A stretch of DNA of 64,000 bases, taken from contig CM069142.1 in NCBI GenBank assembly GCA_035221665.1, forward strand, positions 27,404,001 to 27,468,000, read 5' to 3'. The notes under the pieces were generated by a model that saw nothing but the letters and a program-made list of their open reading frames with translations, had not been told where the DNA came from and ran no database searches. Of this stretch, positions 24,761 to 36,056 are shown piece by piece. How positions within the stretch are numbered: the first letter of the stretch is position 1; the number at the start of each line of letters is the position of its first letter. The DNA is from Okamejei kenojei. Its lineage: Eukaryota. Both the position numbers and the translations under genes were made by a program.

Positions 24761-25951
24761 GAACGTGGTGATCTCCTTCTCCCCGTATACGGGTGAACAT
24801 TAGGCTGTGTCGGATGGTAATATTTTCTTATTATATTCATGCCTCTGTTTCCAAAATCAAATCCCCTCCTTGACGAAAAATACCTTTTTTGTCCAAAAAC
24901 GAAAGGTCTCATGTGGCTAATAGATTTAGCCTCTTCATCCATTTCTCTTATTTGTTTAGGCAGGTTCTCTCCAAATAGATAACCAGGAGCTTGAACACCA
25001 CTTGATCGACACAGACCTGCAAACCTTGGATGCAATATGGGCCGAATCGCAATTTTCCTCATACAATTAATTTCATAAAAGGAATTGCACAATAAGCCCA
25101 AAGTATCTTTTTGGATTTTAACCATTTCCAACCCTTCCATTTGCCTTCCAAAAGCAGTAATGGCAGCTAAAATCAGTTTGAGGATTCTTTGAAATCTTAT
25201 TTCTTGCCCTCTCATGCCTGGAGTCATAGGTGTCCATATAGACGGATTAACCGTAGGTACCTTCAATGAGGTGCAATTTTCCGGTGTTTTATATAATTCT
25301 GCTGTTTCAACCATCACAGATTCTTGAAGTTGGTGAGATACCATATAATTAATACTGGCAGCTAGGTTTTCTTCCATAGCCTCACCACTTCCTTCAGGTA
25401 TAGCAAAATCTTTTGCCATATCAGGCACATATGGCCTCTTCTTTTTTATTTGTGGTGTGCACTCATAATCCACATCACCACTTGCAGGGTCTGACTTTTG
25501 CAGCCCTGATACACCTGGAATTATATCCAATGAGACTTCCTCCACCCTTGTTCCTGGGTCTGGAGTTTCAAATTCCCAATTTGGCACATAGCCATATTCT
25601 GGATATTCAAACCCCTCAGGGTCATTTTGGGTACTTTGACCCTTGTCTCATAATATTTTGGAGCACTTTCTCCATATGTTCCATTTTAAGCCATATAGCT
25701 TTATTATCCGGAGGACTTTCATTATCAGAGTCATCATCAGAAACCACGGGCCTCACGGATTTCTTTTTACTTTTTCTAGGAACATTTTCCTCCGTGGTTT
25801 GTATTTCTGGAGAAATTATAGTCTCAATAACGGGTGAATCAGCGGCCACCGGTATCGGAACCGGATCCGCACTAATCTCTTGTCCCGACTCTTTAGCTTC
25901 TCCCCGGGACGATCTTTTTACCCGCGAAATTTTCCTTTGAGACTTCTCCAT
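24760..25951 (-). CDS. DIRS gag-like region (two frames: 25622-25951 and the 5' part of the 24145-25587 ORF)
   Basis: It lies upstream of RT inside the element. It carries DIRS gag-like segments PENCTSLKVPTVNPSIW and YLFGENL. Confidence 0.7.
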
Positions 25952-26548
25952 TTTTCATTTTTATTATCTGGCTAAATCAGCACGCCAGCGTGACTCTGAT
26001 TTTGAATTTTTACTTTCACTTTTGCTGGTTCTACCAGCATAACGTCTTTTTAAGAACGTCCCCTATTTTCCTTGCACTTAACTGCGGGTCCGTTCCGGCC
26101 GCTGCGAGGAGCTACACTCTGCAGCTCTTGCTTCTGCCGTCAGCATCGACGTAATGCCGTTCTAGCGCCAGGCGGGGCTTCTTCACGTAGTCACTCACGT
26201 GACTCCGAAGTAAAATAGTTCCTATCTGCTCAATGAACAATTAGCGTTATTAATGCTAAAATGTGCTATTTGAGGGACCAACTCAAAGTGCATGGTTTTC
26301 TGAAGGAGACCCTTCTGACATGCAGGTTTGTAGGTTTATTGTCTTTGGTAAAAATTTTGTAAATTGCCTGTAGTGTGTAGGATAGTGCTACTGTACAGGG
26401 TGATCACTGGTCGTCATGGACTCGGTAGGTCAAAGACCCTACTTCCGCACTGTATTTCTAAAGTCTAAAGTCTAAATCATGCAATGGAACTTTTGAGTTT
26501 TTCTTTTTTCTTTCATTATTTAAAAGACCTCAGTCTTCCTTTTCCTAA

Positions 26549-27335
26549 TGGGCCTGTCCCACTTAGGCAATTTATTAGGTGACTGCAGGAGACTATGCAG
26601 TCGCCACATGGTCGCCACATGTTCGCGGGAAGTTGCCGTGGAGTCGCCTTCACGGTCGTGAGGAGTTCCCGCATTCTGGGAACTAGTCGTGGCCTGATTA
26701 TGGTTGCCACGAGTTTTTCAACATGTTGAAATATTAGCGGCGACTAGAATGAAGGCGCCATGGAGAGTAGTGAGAATTCTCGAGCCGTAGGTGGGTCGCC
26801 AGGAGGTCCTAGTGGGTGGCTAGGAGATCGAATGTTCTCGGAGGTTCTCACAGGTTGTAGCTGGTGCTGACCGGTGAATTTCATTGGCTCATCGGGAAAA
26901 AAAAGGTGAGCAGTAGTTTTCAGAACCAAGGATAACCGACCGGTAATGTTAAATGTCCGCCGAGCTTCACAGCCGTGTATCTCTGGCTCATTAAAAGTTA
27001 TCTCCACTCCTTTTCCCCCCTTCTCACCCACTTCTCTCCCCCATCTTTTAAAGGACTTACCGTACACTGTGCTAGCCATCTTAACTACAGCGCCAACCTT
27101 CCTATTCATCGCGGTGTGTGCCTGCATCACCTTGTGAATTCTTTCGACACCGCTCCCCCCGCTTGCCCTGTCCCCCGCCTGCATAACGGGCTGGTGAAGA
27201 AAGTGATATGTGTGTGTGTATGTGTGTGTTCCATTCTGACAGTCGCCATTCCAGTTGCCAGTTTTTCAGGCGACTGCCGGCAACTTGACAGTCGCCAGCA
27301 GTCCGCTGAAAAATCGCATAAGTGGGACAGGCCCA
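26549..27335. mobile_element. Non-autonomous PIF/Harbinger-type element, 787 bp
   Basis: The TIR is TGGGCCTGTCCCACTTA, with a TAA duplication and repeated GTCGCC subterminal motifs. Confidence 0.85.
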
Positions 27336-28100
27336 TAAAGCTAGATTCCTGGCTGTTCCATCTGTCTTGGTGGCTGTGCTTTCTAGTTCTGGTATATGCC
27401 CTGTAAATATTTCTGGCACATTCTTCAGTGACTCTTTGCCCTTTATATAATATAATGAGCCAGACAGTGAATTGCATTCGGTGTGTGGCCTAATCACACA
27501 TCCACATAATTATAACGTCTTCACTTCTTATGTCTGTCGCTGTAGAAATGATCTCCCCTGCTCTGTTCACAGGCTTATTGGCATGTTAAGCTGCATTGCT
27601 AATTTTATTCATTTCTCAATCTGTAATTCTAGATCTGTTTTTTTTTAATTAAAAAGTCAAGATTCAAGATTGTTTTATTGCCATATGTTTTGAAACAGAA
27701 CAATGAAATTCTTACTGGATAGATACAAAATGCTGGTGTAACGCTGCTGATCAGGCAGCATCTCTGGAGAAAAGGAATAGGTGATATTTTCAGTCGGAAG
27801 CCTTTAAACTGAAAGATGGAGGTGGGGGCAGGGGGAACTTGTGGCGAGAAAAGGCTGGAACAAATGAGGGCCTTTTCTCGTTCTCGTTGAGAGAGAGAAA
27901 GAGGTTGTAATAGATTTGAATAGACTTTAATTCCAGGACTCACTTGCTTTACTCAATCCATTATCCATGCTGTAATTAGCTGATGGTGGCAGTGGAATGT
28001 TGTGTGGTTTCCGAACTCTGTCAATCATAAACGATCAACCTCCTTCTCTGATGCTTTAAATGTGTTGAAGGGACCCCCCTCCACGATACGTGAAATCAAA

Positions 28101-28912
28101 AAGTTCAAGTTCAAGTTCACATTTATTGTCACATACACCAATTAAGGTACAGTGATATTTGAGTTACCATACAGCCATACAAATAAAAATAACACAATAC
28201 ACGATAGAGATTAACGTAAACATCCATCACAGTGGAATCAACATTCCTCACTGTGATGGAAGGCGATAAAGTTCAGTCAATCTTCCTTCTTTCATCACCC
28301 GTGGTCGGGGCCTTGAACCCTCCGCAGTCGCTGCTATGGACAGCCTGATGTACAAGCCCTCTCGTTGGGATGATCGAAACTATGACGTTGAGACGGAAAT
28401 GAACACACTCCGCGGTTTGGAGTTTCCGAATCGGACGCTTCTTACCGGAGACCGCGGCTTCACGATGTTAAAGACCATGGGCCAGCATTCGGAGTACTTC
28501 TCCTGGCAAGGGATCCGAGGCTCCGCGATGGTAAGTCCGCCCTGCGCCCGCGGCTAGAAGCTCCGAAGAACTCTGCAGTCAGCAGGCGCCCGCGGTCGGA
28601 TCTCCAACACTGGCGACCCTCGGCAAAGGTTCCCAGGCTCCTCGATGGTATGTCCGCACCACGCCGGCCGCTGAAGCTCTGGGCTGGTCTCCGGTCTGAT
28701 AAGGCCACACCAAGCCAGTTGTTAGGCCGGGAGGGGGGCATGGAGAGAAGTCACATCTCTGTCAATGTAAGTGACTGTGAACGCTTTCCCCCTATTCCCC
28801 CCCACCACCCCCCACATAAGAAATACAGAAAAACATTAAATCATACATTTAGATGCACTAAAAATACCAAAAAAAGTTGAAAGCACAGACGGGCTGCTGG
28901 CGAGGCGGTGAC
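28101..28912 (-). mobile_element. Probable GC-rich LINE 3' UTR fragment
   Basis: It starts with an (AAGTTC)n tail followed by TTTATTGTCACA, as in other LINE ends here. The body is CpG-rich with no credible ORF. Confidence 0.5.
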
Positions 28913-30825
28913 GTTAAGGGAAGATTTTCCACTCTTCCTCCCTTTTTCAACATTCCAGCATAGAATTATACAACACAGAAACAGCTCTGGCCCAACTTGC
29001 CCATGCCGGCCAAGCTAACCCATTCATACTAGTCCCACCTGCCCACATTTTGCCCATATCCCTCCAAACCTTTCCTGTCCATGTACTTGTCCAAATGCCT
29101 TTTAAATGTTGTTGTACTACCTACCTCAACTATCCCCTATGGCAGCTCATTGCATACACCCACCTCCCTCTGTGTGAGCAGTTTACTATTTCTGGATAAT
29201 ATTCTTTACTTTGTTGCTTAGTTGCACATGGTGTGTAGAAAAACACCGCACTGTGGTCAGGATCGAACCCGGGTCTCTGGTGCTGTAAGCTACAACTCTA
29301 CTGCTGCATCAAGTGTTCCTCTTTGTCCATTTTCTGCCTTCATTCTGCTATCCATGAACAATCTTAAGCTTCTAAGTCTACGTATATTCAATTTTGTATC
29401 ACTCTCTGCATGAAGTATTGTTTCTTGCCATTTATTCTGAACGGAATTTTTACTATTTTGACCGACTATTTGGTATTTTGCCTCTTAATATCACTTGAAG
29501 ACATCGTCTGAAATTGTTGCTCAGTCTACTGGGTTCCCACAGCTAATGTTGTTGCTCGAGGTTCCAGCTTCTGCAGTCTCTTGCGGTCTGCATATGCCTT
29601 GTTTATCGTTCAAATTATCTGACATGTCTTTTTTAAGATCACCATTTCTACATGTTTAGTTTAGACTGAAAAACCCCAAACTAAATGGTTATTTTTTGTA
29701 GATTTGTGCTTGTGGTCAGCAAGAATAGACCCATTAACATGCAATACTTAAATTGGACATTTATATGTAAAAGATCACATTACAGTTTGGCCAGGCTCTT
29801 TCTTTACCCTTTTAGCTATCTAATTTATTATTAACTTAATGTTTAATCTTAAATTAGTTCTGTCCATTTACCTCTTTTTCTTTTTTTTTTCCTCTATCTC
29901 ATCTATCGTTACATAGAACATAGAACAGTACCAAAGATAGACACAAAATGCTGGAGTAACTCGGTGGGACAGGCAGCATCTCTGGAGAGAAGGAATGGGT
30001 GATGTTACTCAATCCTTCTCTCCAGAGATGCTGCCTGTCCCACTGTGTTACTCCAGCACTTTGTGTCTATCTGGTCTAAACCAGCACCTGCAGTTCCTTC
30101 CTACACATAGAGCAACACCACACATGAAGCCTCTTCAGCCCACAATGTCCATGCTGACTATGATGCCAAGATAAACTAACCCCCCCCCCCCCCCGCCACC
30201 TAAACATGACACATATTCCTCCATTCCCTGCATACACATGTGCCTATCTAAAAGTCTCTTAAATGCCTCTACTTTGCATGCGGTTACGCTTTTGTTTTGT
30301 TCAGGCCTGAGGACATTTTACTACATTAAAAGTTGAAGCTAAGCATAGATTGATATTGTAATGGTCACTGCTGACTGGGCCTGTTTCTGTACTATATCTC
30401 TAAAGTCTAAAGTCTACCCTATCAATCTATGTTTTAAATAAACCCAATGACTTGGTTTCCACAGCCGTCTGTGGCAATCAATTCCACAGATTCACCACCC
30501 TCTGACTATAGAAATTATGGAAACTATGGACATCCTCATCTCCATTCTAAATTTACATCCTTTTATTTTGAGGATGTGCCCTCTGGTTCTAGACTCTCCC
30601 ACTACTGGGAACATCCTTTCCACACCCATTCTATCTAGGTTTTTCGTCATGCAGTAGGTTTCAATAAGATCCTCTCTCACTCTTCTATTCTCAAAATAAT
30701 CCTCACAACATTTCTCAGTTTAATCCTCCGGAGCTGCAGAGTTCATGGAAAACAGAACTTCCTCAGTAGCTGAGCATTGCCTCTAGTGCTCAACTTTATT
30801 TCCTCTCAACCATTGAAAGATATCT

Positions 30826-31425
30826 AAGTCAAGTCAAAAGAGTCAAAGAGTTTATTGTCATGTGTCCAATGCATAGCACAACAGAACATAGTAGGCATTG
30901 ACTACAATTATATACTTAAATACACACATTAATTAATAAATTAATAAAGTGCAAATAACAGATGGAGGGGTATTAATGTTCAGAGTTTTGTCCGAGCCAG
31001 GTTTAATAGCCTGATGGCTGTGGGGAAGTAGCTATTCCTGAACCGGGTCGTTGCAGTTCTCAGGCTCCTGTACCTTCTACCCGAAGGTAGCAGGGAGATG
31101 AGTGTGTGGCTAGGATGGTGTGGGTCCTTGATGATGCTGCCAGCCTTTTTGAGGCAGCGACTGTGGTAGATCCCCTCGATGGAAGGAAGGTCAGAGCCGA
31201 TGATGGACTGGGCAGTGTTTACTACTTTTTGTAGTCTTTTCCTCTCCAGGACACTCAAGTTGCCAAACCAAGCCGCGATGCAACCGGTCAGCAAGCTCTC
31301 TACTGTGCACCTGTAGAAGTTAGAGAGAGTCCTCCTTGACGGACAAACTCTCCGTAATCTTCTCGGGAAGTAGAGGCGCTGATGAGCTTTCTTAATAATT
31401 GCATCTGTGTTCTCGGACCAGGAAA
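30826..31425 (-). mobile_element. Rex/Babar (L2-group) LINE 3' fragment
   Basis: It encodes KKAHQRLYF...FYRCTVESLLTGCIAAWFGN...DPHHPSH...LPSGRRYRS...SYFPTAIRLLN (DUF1891-type C-terminus). A GACTT-repeat tail is present. Confidence 0.88.
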
Positions 31426-32045
31426 AATCCGAGAAAGATATGAGGCCAAACTTGGTGGATAAGATAGGCATAGACACATTACTGAATGGCAGAAAAAGCT
31501 TGAGATGCTGGTCTTAATCCTCTTCTTCTTCAAGTATTTATTTCTTCTGAGTTTATCATAAAAGGATCACTATTAAATCATCAATTCTGGTGGTGTTCTT
31601 TTGTAAAACAGCTCGATAAAAAGAGAAATGAAATAAAAGGGTGGTAAAGAGATCCTAGCTATGGGTGCTGTCTGCACAGAGTTTATATGTTCTCCCCGTG
31701 ACCTACGTGTTTTATCTCCAGGTGCTCCGTTTTTTCCTCCAACACTTCAAAGACGCACAGGTTTGTGGACTAATTGGGTTTGTTAAATTGTCCCCAGTGT
31801 GTGTAGAATAGTGTTAGTATGCAGGGATCATAGGTCAGCGTGGACTCAGCGGGCCTGAGTCCTGTTTCCACTCGTATCTCTAAACTAAACTAAACTAATA
31901 TAAAATATAATAATGGGGTTATTACTACAGATGATGAACTAAAGGGAATGAAAGATATAAAAATCACCGATGAAAAGCATAATTGAATTTAATGCTGTTT
32001 GCCACATTGCCAAAGAAATGACCGGATATAAGTGTTTATTGTTTA

Positions 32046-32333
32046 TGCCCCAGTCCCACTTAGGAAACCTGAACGGAAACCTCTGGAGACTTTGCGCCCC
32101 ACCCAAGGTTTCCGTGCGGTTCCCGGAAGTTCCAGGAGGTTTTTGTCAGGTTGCCGGAGGTTTTATCAAATTTTGAAATAATCGCCGGAACATAGAAGAA
32201 GCAGAAATCACTTTCGACCATTAGGGAGACTGACAAAAACCTCCGGGAACCTCCGGGAACCGCACGGAAACCTTGGGTGGGACGCAAAATCTGCAGAGGT
32301 TTCTGTTCAGGTTTCCTAAGTGGGACAGGGGCA
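32046..32333. mobile_element. PIF/Harbinger-type MITE (same family as 5468-5746)
   Basis: It has the same TIRs and a TTA duplication. Confidence 0.85.
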
Positions 32334-35300
32334 TTAGACTTTACTTTCGACTTTAGAAATACAGCATGAAAACAGGCCCTTCAGCCCACCAAGTCCACAC
32401 CGACCAGCGATCGCCTGCACCCTAGAACTATCCAACACACTAGGGATAATTTACTGAAGCCGATTAACTTATAAACCTGCACGTCTTTGGAAATGTGGGA
32501 GGAAACCCGAACACACGGAGAAAATCCACGCTGTCACTTGGAGAACGCTGTCAGGCAGCAACTCTACTGCTGCGCCACTGTGCCATCCTTGATAGGATGC
32601 AGGTGTCACTGGTGAAGTTGGTGTCTAATTTTCCCCTGAACTCAATAGCTTTCTAAACCATTTAGAAGTGCTGATCGTATTATGGGCCAAGAGTCACACA
32701 TATTCCGGGCCAGTTAAATCAGGCAGATTACCATCCTTCAGAATATCAGTAGACGACTTATTTAAATAACATTTACATTTAAACTTTCCTGACAAGATTT
32801 TAATTCCAGAAATAGTAGTAAATTCTGTAATCACATTTCCTAAATATGTGCATGACGACCTCAATCTATGGCAACAATCACGCATAAACATGATTTTTTT
32901 CTCCCTGCTGAACAATTAATAGTTAAATTGTTTAATCTACCATTACATTACCACATTAACTTTGTTCGAAATGAGGCCATAAAGTAAATGCCTTCGCATA
33001 AACTACTTACAGTTGTAAAATAATTAAAAAGATGCCAGTAAAATAATTTTGTACTGCGTTCGTAGAAACAAAGAACTGCAGATGCTGGTTAATACACAAA
33101 AGCCCACAAAGTGCTGGACTAACTCAGCAGGTCAGGCAGCATCTCTGGAGAACATGAACAGGTGACTTTTCAGGTCTGAAGAAGGGTCCCGACCAGAAAC
33201 TTCACTTGTCAATATTCTCCAGCAATGCTGCCAAACCTGCTGAATTGCTCCAGTACTTTGTGTCATTTGTAGTGCATTTGTTACTTATTCACAATATTGC
33301 TGTAATATAAATCATCTGTTTTAATGTAGGATTGTACTTACAAGGCACATATATGATGTAAATGGCAGAAGCTTTCATTATCTTCATCAATGTCAACCAA
33401 AACATTTTGTTCAAAATTAATTTTGTGTCTGCTTCTGTAGGAAATAGAACAAATGGTGAAACAGGAAATTCCTGCAGTGTACCTTGAGGTCAGACCAAAT
33501 CATCTGCCCGGAAACTATGTACAAAATGAATTATTGCGCAAAGGTTTATTCCGGTAAAGCTGTAAATATATCAACATTATATTTAAACATCTTTGAGGGA
33601 CGAGCTTTTGAAGTTGTTCATTCAGGCACAAAGTGACCAAATAAGACCATTTTCCATAAGTTCACCAGATAGAAGGTGGATACTTATAGGTGACCAGCGT
33701 GTAAAGTTCCAGAAACACTCAAAAATTATTTGTTTTAAATGCATATACTGGAAGTGTGAAATAAAAATAGAAAGTACTGGAAATACTCTGTCAGGCAGCA
33801 GCAATGGACTGAGAAATTGAGCACAGAATAAAATTGTAAATTGTCCCTTGTGTGTGGAGAATAGTGTCAATGTATGGGGATTACTGGTCGGCACAGACTT
33901 GGTGGGCTGAAGGGCCTGTTTCTGCGCTGTATCTCTAAACTAAACTAAACTTCAAAAATAAAATTAGGAGGAATTTCTTCAGTCAGAGAGTGGTGAATCT
34001 GTGGGATGGTGTCAAAGGTTATGGAGAGAAGGTAGGAAAAGGGGTTGAGAGGGAAAGATAGATCAGCCATCAGTAAATGGTGGAGTAGACTTTATGGGCC
34101 AAATGGCCCAATTCTACTCCTATGGCTTACCGACATAATATCTCAGGACAATGGCTTTTCATCAGAATTAGGCTGTTAGGAAATGTATGTTTTAAGTTGG
34201 AGGGAAGGGAGAGGCGTCGAAGAGTAATAGAGTGGAGTCCAAGAGAGATAGTGATGCTGCGGTTGAAAAAGGGTAATGAAGGTTTGTTAATCACAGATGA
34301 TCTATCGGGTGGAGATATAAATTGATGTACTGTAGATGAATAAAGACAGAGGGAGTGGGGTGTTGGGGGAAACTATTCTGAAACAATAACACACATCCTT
34401 GGGGCAGCACAGTGGCACAATGGTAGAGTTGCTGCCTTTCAACGCCAGACACCCTGGTTCATTCCTGACTATGGGTGCTGCCTGAATGGAGATTGCATGT
34501 TTTCCCCGTGATAGTGTGAGTTTTCTCTGGGTGCTCCGGTTTCCTCCTACACTCCAAAGACGTTCAGGTTCGTTGTTTAATTGGCTTTGGTAAAGATTGT
34601 AAATTGTCCCTAGTGTGTAGGATAGTGTTAGTGTACGGGGTGATCGATGGTCGGCGAGGTCACAGTGGGCTGACGAGGTCGCAGGGAAAATGTACATGCT
34701 CCGTACAGACGTCACCTGCAGTAAGGATCGCACCAGGTCGCTGGTGCTGTAAGGCAGCGACTCCACCACCATGCTGTCCTAATAAGGATAGAAGAGGTAC
34801 GAATTGTGAATCCACATGAAGGGATAGAGGTGGAAGGGAACGGGAGAGCAGGATGGGGAGAAACTGATGCAAATCCAGCTGGGTTTGAAAGCCAATTGTA
34901 AGGGAGTCATATTAGTCACCCAGAAGAGGTCCATAAAATTAAATTCAGCATGTGTAAAGACTGGTGGATGTCCTTAATAGTTATTTCTAGTGTAATTAAA
35001 CATAATACAAAATAAGAGCTTAGTAAACACATGTACAGCTGGAAATAACTGTGGCCAGTTTTATCAGCTGAGCCAAACTATAAATGTCACTTTACATTCG
35101 AACAGTTATATCCAAATGAATGCTGGGACATTGGGTCATTTTTTCCCCTCCTCCATTGGCCTATTAAGAGATTCCTTTAACTAAGTTAATGCTTCTTCGT
35201 TGAAGGAGCCTCGTTTATTGACCCCATCAGATGGCGATTCAACCTGTTCAGCAGAAATACCAAAGGGCGAACTCCTGCCCCGAAAAAATATTTAGAATGC

Positions 35301-35676
35301 GCCAGCACTTTTGTAAAATCCCAACATAATGCAATCCCTCTGCCATCTGTTGTGAGATCTCTGGCTTGGATGGAATTTGAAGATTGAGTATTTTGGAGCC
35401 AGATTTTCCATGTTCGTATTCAGCTGCTAGAATGATGCAGTGTGATCTGCATAGCCGTATGTTTACAATTCCATTCCTACAACAATATCCAAATTCTGTT
35501 CCATATTTCATATCGAGGGTGCTCCTAATAGACAATTTGGGAGCTTGCTAAATCAGAATGTAATATGTAGACTCCAACCGCCAATTTACATGGTTTTGGC
35601 ATCTGGTTAAGGATATTTTACAGGCAAGCATTTCTATGGTCTATTGGTGGAAATTGGCAAGACCATTGGAATGTTC

Positions 35677-36056
35677 ATAAGTTATAGAAACATAGAAACA
35701 TAAATAGGTGCAGGAGGTTTGGCCCTTCGAACCAGCACCGCCATTCTTGTGATCATGGCTGATCGTCCCCAATCAATAACCCGTGCCTGCCTTCTCCCCA
35801 TATCCCTTGATTCCATTAGCCCCTAGAGCTCTATCTAACTCTCTCTTAAATCCATCCAGTGATTTGGCCTCCACTGCCCTCTGTGGCAGGGAATTCCACA
35901 ATTTCACAGCTTTCTGGGTGAAAAAGTTTTTACTCACCTCAGGCTTAAATGGCCTCCCCTTTATTCTAAGACTGTGGCCCCCTGGTTCTGGACTTGCCCA
36001 ACATTGGTAACATTCTTCCTGCATCTAGCTTATCCAGTTCTTTTATAATTTTATAT
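35677..36056 (-). mobile_element. 3' end of a CR1 split by the second DIRS
   Basis: It has the CR1 ORF2 C-terminus (NFFTQKAVKLWNSLP...GEKAGTGY) and tail. The element continues at about 40677. Confidence 0.88.

Larger units (their letters stand above)
21270..26219 (-). mobile_element. Full-length DIRS1-like tyrosine-recombinase retrotransposon
   Basis: Inverted repeats lie at 21343-21380 and 26151-26189. The ICR at 21498-21610 is the reverse complement of the two termini joined. The gag-RT-RNaseH-MT-YR order is present, and AATAGT occurs at both ends. Confidence 0.97.

Noticed and set aside
25413-25940. 175-aa plus-strand ORF antisense to DIRS gag
   Set aside because: It has no recognisable motifs and is consistent with an antisense shadow ORF.
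30980-31477. 165-aa ORF as a host gene
   Set aside because: It is a LINE ORF2 C-terminus followed by a LINE 3' UTR and tail.
33441-33488. Plus-strand exon-like 48 bp (EIEQMVKQEIPAVYLE)
   Set aside because: It is isolated, the donor is weak, and no partner exons or recognisable protein were found.
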